Part shown: in pieces, positions 53,300 to 61,642 of the stretch
How positions within the stretch are numbered: position 1 is the stretch's first letter
How the letters are laid out: each line of letters starts with the position of its first letter
Source of the DNA: Verrucomicrobiota bacterium
GTDB taxonomy: Bacteria > Verrucomicrobiota > Verrucomicrobiia > Limisphaerales > JAXMHQ01
NCBI GenBank assembly: GCA_046346665.1
Contig: JAXMHQ010000014.1
Span: 41,877-105,876 of the forward strand
Length of the DNA stretch: 64,000 bases
Direction of reading: 5' to 3'
Notes under the pieces: generated by a model
Database searches by the model: none
What the model was told of the DNA's origin: nothing
What the model saw: only the letters and a program-made list of their open reading frames with translations
Translations under genes and position numbers: made by a program

Positions 53300-53316
53300 T
53301 GGCACAAGTCATTGCA
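53300..53316 (+). promoter_or_regulatory. sigma-54-like motif upstream of flhA with non-canonical spacing
   Basis: TGGCACaagtcaTTGCA. Both half-sites are near-perfect, but GG to GC spacing is N11 instead of N10. Lies 156 nt upstream of the flhA ATG. Confidence 0.35.
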
Positions 53317-53471
53317 AATCAGATTTTAACATTCGTCATTCGTCATTCAAAAAGTTTCATGGCTTTGATTTTGCTTAACACCCCGTTGCGGTCACCGGAA
53401 TTCACCCGGTTGCATCGCTCCGGAACACGGTGTTTCGGGGAAATGAAGCCAACAGACGACTAGGAAACACG

Positions 53472-55601
53472 ATGGGCGAACTCAGCAACAGAATGCGAAA
53501 GTTGCTGCGCTACGGCGACTTATGGCTCGTCGTGGCCTTGTTCGGCACGATCCTCCTCCTGATCCTGCCCGTCGCCCCCGTCTTCCTCGACCTCCTGCTT
53601 TCCCTCAGCATCGCCCTCTCGTTGCTGACGTTGCTGGTCATTCTTTACCTGCGCAAACCGGCGGAATTTACCGGGTTCCCTACGTTGCTGCTATTCATCA
53701 CGTTATATCGGCTTGCGCTGAATGTCGCCTCCACTCGGCTGATCCTGCTCGACGGCTATGCCGGACATATCATCCAGGCTTTCGGAAGTTTTGTGGTACG
53801 AGGTAATTACGTGGTCGGTTTGGTCGTTTTCCTGATCCTCGTCCTGATCAATTTCATCGTCATCACCAAGGGCGCGGGCCGTATCGCGGAAGTTGCGGCG
53901 CGCTTCACCCTGGATGCGTTGCCCGGCAAACAGATGGCCATCGACGCCGAGTTGAACGCCGGTTTGATCAACGAGACCGAAGCGCGAAACCGGCGGCGGT
54001 CGTTGGAGGAGGAAGCGGACTTTTACGGCGCGATGGACGGTGCCAGCAAGTTCGTCCGCGGCGACGCGATCGCGGCGATTCTCATCACGCTGATCAATAT
54101 CATCGGCGGATTTGCCATCGGCGTGCTTCAAAAGAACATGACGATGGCGGAGTCGCTGCAGCGGTTCACGCTGTTGTCGATCGGCGACGGCCTGGTGTCG
54201 CAGATCCCGGCGTTGATCACCTCGACAGCGGCCGGCGTGCTGATCACGCGGGCGACTTCGAAGAACAACCTCGGGAACGAACTCGGCCGGCAACTGCTCT
54301 TTTATCCGCGCGCCCTGACGATCCTGTCCGGCATGATGGGCGTGATGGCCCTGGTGCCGGGGCTTCCCACGCTGCCGTTCCTGACGCTGGCGGTGGTGAT
54401 GGGCATGCTCTCCTACACGCTGCACCGGCACGGCGGCATTCCCGAACTCGGGCTCGCCGGGCCCGGCGCACCGGCGCCGGCGGGATCCGCGGCCGCGCCC
54501 GGAGCGAAGCCCGGAGCGCCCGGGGCGCCCGCCGCCGCGGTCGAATCGCGCGGTGCCGAGCCGCTGGAAAACCTGCTCACGCTCGACACGCTGCAGATCG
54601 AGCTGGGTTACGGGCTGGTGTCGCTGGCCGACACGCACAAGGGCGGCGACCTGCTGGAGCGCGTGACGGGTGTTCGCCGGAATTTCGCGCAGGAAATGGG
54701 CATGCTGGTTCCGCCGATCCGGCTGCGTGACAATTTGCAGTTAGGCACGAACGAATACCGGTTCCTGCTCAAGGGCAACCCGATCGCCCAGGGCCAGTTG
54801 GTTCCCAACCAGTGGCTCGCCATGAACGCGACGAACAGCAAGGTCGTGCTCAAGGGCATCCCGACCGTCGAACCCGTGTTCCAGCTCCCCGCCACATGGG
54901 TCACCGAGGTGGAGCGCAAGACCGCCGAAGCCGCCGGGTTCACCGTCGTCGACTGCGCCTCGGTCCTGGTCACGCACCTCGCCGAATCCGTGCGCCGCCA
55001 TTGCCACGAAATCCTCACGCGCCAGGATGTCCAGGCCCTGATCGATCATCTCAAGCAAACCCACCCGGCCGTGGTGAACGAATTGATCCCCGCCCAGCTC
55101 ACCGTCGGCCAGGTCCAGCGCATCCTCCAGAATCTGCTCTCCGAAGGCGTCTCGATCCGCAACCTCGCCGGCATCCTGGAGAAAGTCAGCGACTACGCCC
55201 CGCTCACGAAGAATCCCGACGAATTGTCCGAATACGCCCGCCGCGCTCTCGGTCCGCAACTGGCCCGGCCGTTCCAGACCGACGCCGGCCATCTGCGCGC
55301 CATCACGATGGATCCGCGCCTCGAGCAGATGCTCGCCCAGGGATTGCGCCAGTCTCCTACCGAAGTCGCCCTGGTCATTGAACCGAAGCTGGCCAAGCAC
55401 GTGATGGATTCGCTTTCGCGGTTCGTGCAGCAGATGCTTTCCTCGGGCCAGCCGCCCGTGCTGCTTTGCGCCCCGCAACTCCGGCTCGCGTTCCGGCGGT
55501 TCTTCGAATCCACCTTCACCGAACTCGCCGTCCTGTCGTATTCAGAAATTCCCGCCAAGGTCCAGGTTCAGAACGCCGCGATCATCCCCGGCCTGGAGTA
55601 A
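53472..55601 (+). CDS. flhA: flagellar export apparatus protein FlhA
   Basis: 709 aa from the ATG at 53472. RIAEVAARFTLDALPGKQMAIDAELNAG...FYGAMDGASKFVRGDAIA is the highly conserved FHIPEP block. Cytoplasmic C-domain is present. Confidence 0.97.
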   Translation: MGELSNRMRKLLRYGDLWLVVALFGTILLLILPVAPVFLDLLLSLSIALSLLTLLVILYLRKPAEFTGFPTLLLFITLYRLALNVASTRLILLDGYAGHIIQAFGSFVVRGNYVVGLVVFLILVLINFIVITKGAGRIAEVAARFTLDALPGKQMAIDAELNAGLINETEARNRRRSLEEEADFYGAMDGASKFVRGDAIAAILITLINIIGGFAIGVLQKNMTMAESLQRFTLLSIGDGLVSQIPALITSTAAGVLITRATSKNNLGNELGRQLLFYPRALTILSGMMGVMALVPGLPTLPFLTLAVVMGMLSYTLHRHGGIPELGLAGPGAPAPAGSAAAPGAKPGAPGAPAAAVESRGAEPLENLLTLDTLQIELGYGLVSLADTHKGGDLLERVTGVRRNFAQEMGMLVPPIRLRDNLQLGTNEYRFLLKGNPIAQGQLVPNQWLAMNATNSKVVLKGIPTVEPVFQLPATWVTEVERKTAEAAGFTVVDCASVLVTHLAESVRRHCHEILTRQDVQALIDHLKQTHPAVVNELIPAQLTVGQVQRILQNLLSEGVSIRNLAGILEKVSDYAPLTKNPDELSEYARRALGPQLARPFQTDAGHLRAITMDPRLEQMLAQGLRQSPTEVALVIEPKLAKHVMDSLSRFVQQMLSSGQPPVLLCAPQLRLAFRRFFESTFTELAVLSYSEIPAKVQVQNAAIIPGLE

Positions 55602-55613
55602 CCGCAAAAGGCC

Positions 55614-56606
55614 ATGGAAGTCGTTCAATTCATCGCCGACAATCCCGCCAGCGGCCTGCGCCAGATCCAGGCCCGGCTCGGTCCCGATGCCGTCGTTCTG
55701 AGCGTCCGCCGCCTTCCCGCGCAGGGTGTCGCCCGGCTCCTGCCCGGCCAGCGCCGGGTTGAAATTCTCGCCGGCGTTCCCGACCGGAATACCGCCGCAA
55801 CCAACGCCCCGGTCTCCGTCGGCCGTTTCATGGCCGGCAATCGCCCGGCCGGATCGCCCGGCAATCCATGGCAAACCGTCGCCTGGCTCGAGGCGATGGG
55901 ATTGTTCCCCGCCATCGCCCAGCGATTGCAGTCGGAACTTTCACGGCTCCACCCCAGGCGGCTGGCCTCGCTTGACGAGGAATGGGTGCTGGTCCGCGAG
56001 ACGCTGGCCGGTCTGTGGATTTCGCCGAAGGCGCCCGCGCCGGTCGCGTCGGCCACGCATGTGTTTGTCGGCCCGCCGGGTTCCGGCAAGAGCACCGTGC
56101 TGTGCAAATGGCTGACGCTCGAAGTGCTCACGCGCGAACGAACGGCCTGCGTCTGGCGGCTCGACGGCACCGTCGCCAACACCGCCGATTTCCTCTCCGT
56201 CCACTGCGAAATGCTGGGGGTTCCGGTCGACCGTTTTACCCCGGAAATTCCCGTGCCCGCAGATCTGAAGTTTGTCGATGTGCCTGGCGTGGAAATGGAC
56301 GATGTCCGGTCCATGGTTTTGTTGCGGGAACAGATTTCGAAGCTGCCTGCGCCGGAGGTTCACCTGGTGTTGAACGCGGCTTATGACGCCGAGGTTTTGC
56401 TGGCGCACTGGAAGTCGTTCAGCGGGATTGGGCCTACAGACCTGATTTTCACCCACTTGGATGAGGAGAAGCGGCGCGTCAAATTGTGGAACCTGATGCT
56501 GGAGGCCGGGTGCGGCATCCGTTTCCTGAGCGCCGGGCAAAAAATTCCCGGGGATTTCCTGAGCGCCACTCCCGATCTGCTGTTTCCCTCCGTAAACCAC
56601 CGCTAA
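55614..56606 (+). CDS. flhF: flagellar biosynthesis GTPase FlhF (SRP-type)
   Basis: 330 aa. P-loop VGPPGSGKSTVL, DVPG (G3-like), FTHLDEE (TKLDE-type G4). Position after flhA fits. Confidence 0.85.
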   Translation: MEVVQFIADNPASGLRQIQARLGPDAVVLSVRRLPAQGVARLLPGQRRVEILAGVPDRNTAATNAPVSVGRFMAGNRPAGSPGNPWQTVAWLEAMGLFPAIAQRLQSELSRLHPRRLASLDEEWVLVRETLAGLWISPKAPAPVASATHVFVGPPGSGKSTVLCKWLTLEVLTRERTACVWRLDGTVANTADFLSVHCEMLGVPVDRFTPEIPVPADLKFVDVPGVEMDDVRSMVLLREQISKLPAPEVHLVLNAAYDAEVLLAHWKSFSGIGPTDLIFTHLDEEKRRVKLWNLMLEAGCGIRFLSAGQKIPGDFLSATPDLLFPSVNHR

Positions 56607-56645
56607 TCAATGGAAAAGAACCTGGGGCAGGGGAATTCAACGGGC

Positions 56646-56661
56646 TGGCAGCACATCTGCT
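56646..56661 (+). promoter_or_regulatory. sigma-54 (-24/-12) type promoter upstream of the microprotein-fliA-motAB operon
   Basis: TGGCAGcacatCTGCT with correct GG-N10-GC spacing. Lies 22 nt upstream of the ATG at 56683. Confidence 0.55.
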
Positions 56662-56682
56662 AAATCCTCGCCAACGAACGGC

Positions 56683-56916
56683 ATGAAGGCACTAATGATA
56701 CTTGGAGCGATCGTCGGATTCCTGATTGGAACCGGGTTCGGACTCGCGGGCAGCAGTCCGTGGCCGGCCGCGCTTTGGCGCGCCTGCGCCGCCGCTCTCG
56801 CCGCCGCCATCCTCACCCGCTGGTGGGGCCGAATCTGGCTCTCCAACCTCCGGGACGCCCTCGATCAACGCCGATCCTCTCCCGCCCAGACTCCCGCCTC
56901 CCCAAAAATCCGGTAA
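56683..56916 (+). CDS. 77-aa two-TM membrane protein in the flhF-fliA gap
   Basis: MKALMILGAIVGFLIGTGFGLAG..PAALWRACAAALAAAILTRWW gives two hydrophobic helices, followed by a basic/polar tail. The stop is 6 nt before fliA. No family recognised. Confidence 0.5.
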   Translation: MKALMILGAIVGFLIGTGFGLAGSSPWPAALWRACAAALAAAILTRWWGRIWLSNLRDALDQRRSSPAQTPASPKIR

Positions 56917-56922
56917 TCGTCT

Positions 56923-57765
56923 ATGAATACCAGCACGTCCTGCGACTCCTCACCGGCGCCTGTCACGGAAGCCCGCCCCAATCCCCAGGAGCTCTGGAAG
57001 CGTTACCATCACCGGGCCGACACCCAGACCGAGAACGCCCTGGTCGAACAATACCTTCCCCTCGTCCGCTCCGCGGTCGGACGCCTCGCCATGACGCTGC
57101 CGGATCATGTCGACCACGACGATCTCCACAGCGCCGGTCTCGTCGGCCTGCTCCAGGCCCTGCGCAATTACGATCCGTCCTGCAACACCTCTTTCGAAAG
57201 TTACGCCCGCGTCCGCATCCGCGGCGCCATGCTCGACGAACTCCGCCGCATGGACTGGGTTCCCCGCACCGTCCACGAAAAAGCCCGCCGCATCCAGGAA
57301 GTCATGTCCGAGCTGGAACAAAAACTCGGGCGCACCCCAACCGAAGTCCAGATGGCCAAGGCGCTGAATATTTCCCCCGACGAATACAGCCAGTTGCTCG
57401 ACCAGATCCGACCGGCCGCGTTCGTCTGCCTCGACGCCACTTGCAGCTCCGACGGTTCCGAAACCGGCAGCCTCTACGAGGTCGTCGCCGATCCCACCGA
57501 CAGCGGCCCGGTCGAGGAAGTTTCACGCCGCGAATTGAAACAGGTGATTCTCGAACGGCTCAAGGAACTGCCCGAAATCCAGCGCAAAGTTCTCGCGCTC
57601 TATTACGGCGAAGACCTGCACCTGCGCGAAATCGCGGAGGTCTTCGGCCTCACCGAATCCCGCATCTGCCAGATCCATTCCCAGGCCATTTTGTCCATTC
57701 GCGCCTACCTGCAGCGGTATGAAGCCGGCATCGCCGGCAGGCTCTGCTCTCCCAAGCGCACATGA
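56923..57765 (+). CDS. fliA: flagellar sigma factor FliA (sigma-28)
   Basis: 280 aa. Region 2 LVEQYLPLVRSAVGRL...DLHSAGLVGLLQALRNYDP...SFESYARVRIRGAMLDELR. Region 4 LYYGEDLHLREIAEVFGLTESRICQIHSQA. Confidence 0.9.
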   Translation: MNTSTSCDSSPAPVTEARPNPQELWKRYHHRADTQTENALVEQYLPLVRSAVGRLAMTLPDHVDHDDLHSAGLVGLLQALRNYDPSCNTSFESYARVRIRGAMLDELRRMDWVPRTVHEKARRIQEVMSELEQKLGRTPTEVQMAKALNISPDEYSQLLDQIRPAAFVCLDATCSSDGSETGSLYEVVADPTDSGPVEEVSRRELKQVILERLKELPEIQRKVLALYYGEDLHLREIAEVFGLTESRICQIHSQAILSIRAYLQRYEAGIAGRLCSPKRT

Positions 57766-58631
57766 TCATCTTCGTCGGCATGTTCATTGTCACCGCCTCC
57801 ATCCTCGGAGGCTTCATGTGGGGCGGGGGACATCTCGGGGCGCTCCTGCACCCGAACGAATTGCTCGTCATCGGCGGCGGCGCCATGGGCGGTCTCGTCA
57901 TCATGTCGCCGAAAAAAGTCCTCATGGACATCGGCAAAGGCCTCATGACCTGCCTCAAGGGCGCCCCGCACAGCCGCCAGTCCTACGAGGAATTGCTCAA
58001 GGTGCTCTACGAACTGTTCCTCCTCGGCCGCCGCAACGGCATGATCGCCCTGGAAGAGCACGTCATGGAACCCGCCAACAGCTCCATCTTCAAAAAATAT
58101 CCGAAGTTCGCCGCCGACCATCACGCCGTCGAATTCCTCTGCGGCAGCCTCCGCCCCATCATCGACGGCAAAATCAAACCCGACCAACTCCGCCTTCTCC
58201 TCGACGTCGAACTGGAACGCATGGAAACCGAGCACCACGCGCCCGTCAACGTGCTCACCAAGACCGCCGACGCCATGCCCGGATTCGGCATCGTCGCCGC
58301 CGTGCTCGGCATCGTCATCACCATGGCCTCCATCGCCGGCCCGGTCGAACAAATCGGCGAACACGTCGCCGCCGCCCTCGTCGGCACCTTCCTCGGCATC
58401 CTGCTCTCCTACGGCTACATGAACCCGCTCGCCATGAACCTCGAATTCGTCGGCGCCGCGGAAATGGATTTCACCCGCTGCATCGCCGCCTGCGTCGTCG
58501 GATTCGCCAACGGCATGGCCCCCATCACCGCCGTCGAACTCGGGCGCCGCGGACTCAGCAGCGAATTGCGCCCCTCCGCCGACGAACTCGAGCAGATGCT
58601 CAAATCGCTCAAAGCCCCCGCCAAGGGCTGA
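57762..58631 (+). CDS. motA: flagellar stator protein MotA
   Basis: 289 aa. 4 TM pattern. ADAMPGFGIVAAVLGIVITM and ALVGTFLGILLSYGYMNP are typical of the MotA/TolQ/ExbB family. ATGA overlap with fliA. Confidence 0.9.
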   Translation: MIIFVGMFIVTASILGGFMWGGGHLGALLHPNELLVIGGGAMGGLVIMSPKKVLMDIGKGLMTCLKGAPHSRQSYEELLKVLYELFLLGRRNGMIALEEHVMEPANSSIFKKYPKFAADHHAVEFLCGSLRPIIDGKIKPDQLRLLLDVELERMETEHHAPVNVLTKTADAMPGFGIVAAVLGIVITMASIAGPVEQIGEHVAAALVGTFLGILLSYGYMNPLAMNLEFVGAAEMDFTRCIAACVVGFANGMAPITAVELGRRGLSSELRPSADELEQMLKSLKAPAKG

Positions 58632-58637
58632 TGCCGC

Positions 58638-59411
58638 ATGAAGAAACACAGCGGACATCACGGCGGTTCGTGGAAGGTGGCCTACGCCGATTTCGTCACG
58701 GCCATGATGGCCCTGTTCCTCTGCCTCTGGCTCACCGCCCAGGACACCAAAATCAAGGACGCCGTCGAACGCGCCTTCCGCAACCCCTTCTCCGCCGTCA
58801 ACAAGGAATCCACCGGCATCATTCCCAACAAGGACGCCACCGCCCAGGCCAAGGCCGAGGGCAAATTCCAGTCCGCCAGCGCCGTCGAAATGGAAATGCT
58901 CCGCCACATCACCGAGGACCTCTCCAAAATGCTCCAGGACACCTCCGAAGATCAAAGCAGCGTCCAGCTCGAACTCACGCCCGACGGACTCCGCATCAAT
59001 GTTTTCGACCGCAGCCATAAACCCATCTTCGAGCCTAACACGGACACGTTCACCAAGTACGGAGCCTGGGTGTTCTCGACGCTCGCCTGGGAAATCTCCC
59101 GCTACCAGACTTTCAAAATCGAACTGGAAGGCCACACCGAACAGGGCGCGCCCAGCGCTGCGGAATCCACCCAGAAATGGGAGCTGTCCTCCGAACGCGC
59201 CAACGCCGCCCGCCGCCAGCTCGTCCAAAGCGGCGTCCAGTCCTCCCAGATCTACCGCGTGTCCGGCCTCGCCGACACCCAGCCCATGTCCGGCGCCTCC
59301 GCCTCCTCCGAGGCCAACCGCCGCGTCACCGTGCTCCTCAAGGTGAACGATCCCAACATTCAAACCAGCGGCCAGGCCACCCAGCCCGTGCCCGCCCCCG
59401 CCCACGGTTAA
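58638..59411 (+). CDS. motB: flagellar stator protein MotB (OmpA-like C-domain)
   Basis: 257 aa. GGSWKVAYADFVTAMMALFL carries the plug/TM with the conserved Asp. C-terminal ELEGHTE...WELSSERANAARRQLVQSGV...RRVTVLL is OmpA-like. Confidence 0.9.
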   Translation: MKKHSGHHGGSWKVAYADFVTAMMALFLCLWLTAQDTKIKDAVERAFRNPFSAVNKESTGIIPNKDATAQAKAEGKFQSASAVEMEMLRHITEDLSKMLQDTSEDQSSVQLELTPDGLRINVFDRSHKPIFEPNTDTFTKYGAWVFSTLAWEISRYQTFKIELEGHTEQGAPSAAESTQKWELSSERANAARRQLVQSGVQSSQIYRVSGLADTQPMSGASASSEANRRVTVLLKVNDPNIQTSGQATQPVPAPAHG

Positions 59412-59412
59412 C

Positions 59413-59877
59413 ATGTCCGATTCCTCGTTCATCCCGCTCACCCCCGTCGCCCGATCCGCCGGCGACCGGCCCAATCTCCGCGTCACCGTCATGTCCCCCG
59501 GCGACGCCCAGTCGTTCCGCCCCCTCGGCCAGTCGCTCCCCGCCGCCGCCGCCCACGCCGCCCACAACGGCGCGGAACCGCAGATTGAACTGCAACACGA
59601 CGGCGACCGCGTCGCGTCCATCCGCGTCCATTGCTCCTGCGGCCAGGTGATCGAATTGTCCTGCCTCTACGATCCAAGCCCCGCCGTTGCGCCCGCGCCG
59701 CCTTCGCCGCCTCCCGCTTCCGACCCGCACGTCCACACGCTGCTCGAAGTGCTGACCAAGAGCCCCGAAGACAACTCGCCCCCGCCCGCCCCGATTCCTC
59801 CCGTCGCTGCCTCTGCGCCACCCGCTGTTCCCGCAGCCGCCCCGGCCCCCAAATCGAAATCCAAATCCATGAAGTAA
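59413..59877 (+). CDS. 154-aa hypothetical protein translationally coupled to motB
   Basis: ATG 1 nt after the motB stop. The N-terminal ~85 aa are possibly folded (IELQHDGDRVASIRVHCSCGQVIELSCLY). The rest is a Pro/Ala-rich tail ending KSKSKSMK. No family recognised. Confidence 0.5.
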   Translation: MSDSSFIPLTPVARSAGDRPNLRVTVMSPGDAQSFRPLGQSLPAAAAHAAHNGAEPQIELQHDGDRVASIRVHCSCGQVIELSCLYDPSPAVAPAPPSPPPASDPHVHTLLEVLTKSPEDNSPPPAPIPPVAASAPPAVPAAAPAPKSKSKSMK

Positions 59878-59884
59878 GCCAAGG

Positions 59885-59948
59885 TTCGAATTTCGAATTT
59901 CGAAGTGCCCTTCACTCTTCAGCCTTCAGACTTTAGCCCTTAGCCTTC
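59885..59948. repeat. low-complexity intergenic repeats (ttcgaatttcgaatttcgaa; cttcagccttcagactttagcccttagcctt)
   Basis: Read directly. Same flavour as the repeats at 3416-3440. Confidence 0.4.
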
Positions 59949-60055
59949 CGCCCCTCCCTCCCGCCCGGCAAATTCTGCAATGGATTCGGGAAACTTCTGC
60001 CCTCAGTTTTCGTAAGTGCCTGCAGTTTCGCGTTAAAACCCCTGCAAAAGGCCCA

Positions 60056-60071
60056 TGGCATATCCAGTGCT
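60056..60071 (+). promoter_or_regulatory. sigma-54 (-24/-12) type promoter upstream of flgF
   Basis: TGGCATatccaGTGCT with GG-N10-GC spacing. The downstream tgctcaacag is identical to the flgB promoter. Ends 13 nt before the ATG at 60085. Confidence 0.65.
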
Positions 60072-60084
60072 CAACAGGCCGCGA

Positions 60085-60825
60085 ATGAATGTGAGTTTAT
60101 ACCAGGCTGCGGCGGCCATGAACGCCCACGCGCGCTGGCAGGACATGATCGCGCAGAACCTTGCGGCCGGAACCGCCCCCGGTTTCCGCAAACAGGAGAT
60201 TTCATTCGACGCCATCCAGGCCGGGATCAATCCCTCCACCGCCCCCGGCGCCCCCAGTTACGTCATCCCCGCCGCCAATGTCAGCACCAGCTACGAAGCC
60301 GGCGAAACCCGCGCCACGGGCAACCTCACCGATCTCGCCCTCGACGGGCCCGGTTTCCTCGAAGTCCAGCTTCCCAACGGCACCCGCGCCTACACGCGCG
60401 ACGGCGAACTCCACATCAGCGCCCAGGGTGAACTGGTCACCAAACAGGGCTACCCCGTCCTCGGCACCGGCGGCCCCATCCAGATCGACCCCAACAGCGG
60501 CGGCACGCTGACGATTTCATCCACCGGCGACGTAAGCCAGGGCGACCAGAGCCGCGGCAAGCTGCATATTGTCGAATTCACCCAACCGCGCGCCCTCACC
60601 CCGATCGGCAACGGCTGCTTCATTCCCCAACAGGCCGGCGCCGTCCCGAAAAACGCCACCGTCACCACCGTCAGCCAGGGCTTTCTCGAAGGATCCAACA
60701 GCTCGACCAGCCTGGAAATGAGCAATCTCATCATGGCCATGCGCATGTTCGAGGCGAACCAGAAAGTGCTTCAAACCCAGGACGACCGCATGGGCAAGGT
60801 CATCGCGGAACTCGGCGGATCCTGA
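60085..60825 (+). CDS. flgF: flagellar basal-body rod protein FlgF
   Basis: 246 aa from the ATG at 60085 (MNVSLYQAAAAMNA...IAQNLAAGTAPGFRK). The C-terminus NLIMAMRMFEANQKVLQTQD is typical of rod proteins. The track start 60055 lies inside the promoter motif. Confidence 0.85.
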   Translation: MNVSLYQAAAAMNAHARWQDMIAQNLAAGTAPGFRKQEISFDAIQAGINPSTAPGAPSYVIPAANVSTSYEAGETRATGNLTDLALDGPGFLEVQLPNGTRAYTRDGELHISAQGELVTKQGYPVLGTGGPIQIDPNSGGTLTISSTGDVSQGDQSRGKLHIVEFTQPRALTPIGNGCFIPQQAGAVPKNATVTTVSQGFLEGSNSSTSLEMSNLIMAMRMFEANQKVLQTQDDRMGKVIAELGGS

Positions 60826-60859
60826 CATGAATTTCCCATCCAACACCCGCAACTGAGTT

Positions 60860-61642
60860 ATGCTTCGATCCCTCTATTCCGCCGCCGCCGGCATGCAGTC
60901 GCAGCAGATGAACCTCGACGTCATCTCGAACAACCTCGCGAACGTCAACACCACCGGCTACAAGAAAAGCAAGATCGAGTTCCAGGAACTGCTCTACCAG
61001 ACCACCCGCTCCGCCGGCGCCGACCAGGGCTCCGGGAACATCCTGCCCACCGGCATCCAGGTCGGCCAGGGCTCCCGCCCCGTCGCCACTTCCCGCATCT
61101 TCACCAGCGGCGACCTCACCCAGACCGGCGAAAAACTCGATGTCGGCGTCCAGGGCGACGGATTTTTCGAAGTCCAGCTCCCCGACGGCACGCTCGCCTA
61201 CACCCGCGACGGCGCTTTTAAAACCTCCTCCGACGGACGCATCGTCACCAGCGACGGACTCCCGCTCCAGGCCGGTTTCCAGCCCGTCCCCTCCGGCACC
61301 ACCAACATCACCATCGGCTCAAACGGCTACGTCACGTATTCCGGCGCCAACGGCAACACCAGCTTCCAGGTCCAGCTCGTCCGCTTCACCAATCCCTCCG
61401 GCCTCGAAAGCCTCGGCAGCAATCTCTACAAGGAAACCACCGCCTCCGGCACCCCGCAGCTCGGCACCCCCGGCCAGAACGGCTACGGCACCCTCAACCA
61501 GGGTTACCTCGAACTCTCCAACGTCAAGGTCGTCGAGGAAATGGTCAACCTCATCCTCGCCCAGCGCGCATACGAAGTGAATTCCAAGGCCGTCCAGGCC
61601 GCCGACGAAATGATGCAGCAAAGCAACAACATCAAACGCTGA
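60860..61642 (+). CDS. flgG: flagellar distal rod protein FlgG
   Basis: 260 aa. MLRSLYSAAAGMQSQQMNLDVISNNLANVNTTGYKK...MVNLILAQRAYEVNSKAVQAADEMMQ. Confidence 0.95.
   Translation: MLRSLYSAAAGMQSQQMNLDVISNNLANVNTTGYKKSKIEFQELLYQTTRSAGADQGSGNILPTGIQVGQGSRPVATSRIFTSGDLTQTGEKLDVGVQGDGFFEVQLPDGTLAYTRDGAFKTSSDGRIVTSDGLPLQAGFQPVPSGTTNITIGSNGYVTYSGANGNTSFQVQLVRFTNPSGLESLGSNLYKETTASGTPQLGTPGQNGYGTLNQGYLELSNVKVVEEMVNLILAQRAYEVNSKAVQAADEMMQQSNNIKR

Noticed and set aside
56610-56660. 16-codon ORF (MEKNLGQGNSTGWQHIC) between flhF and the microprotein
   Set aside because: It is very short and overlaps the sigma-54-type promoter motif, and nothing supports it as coding.
57705-59621. 638-aa minus-strand ORF over motA/motB
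   Set aside because: It is antisense to MotA and MotB, which have clear signatures, and it has the same low-complexity composition.
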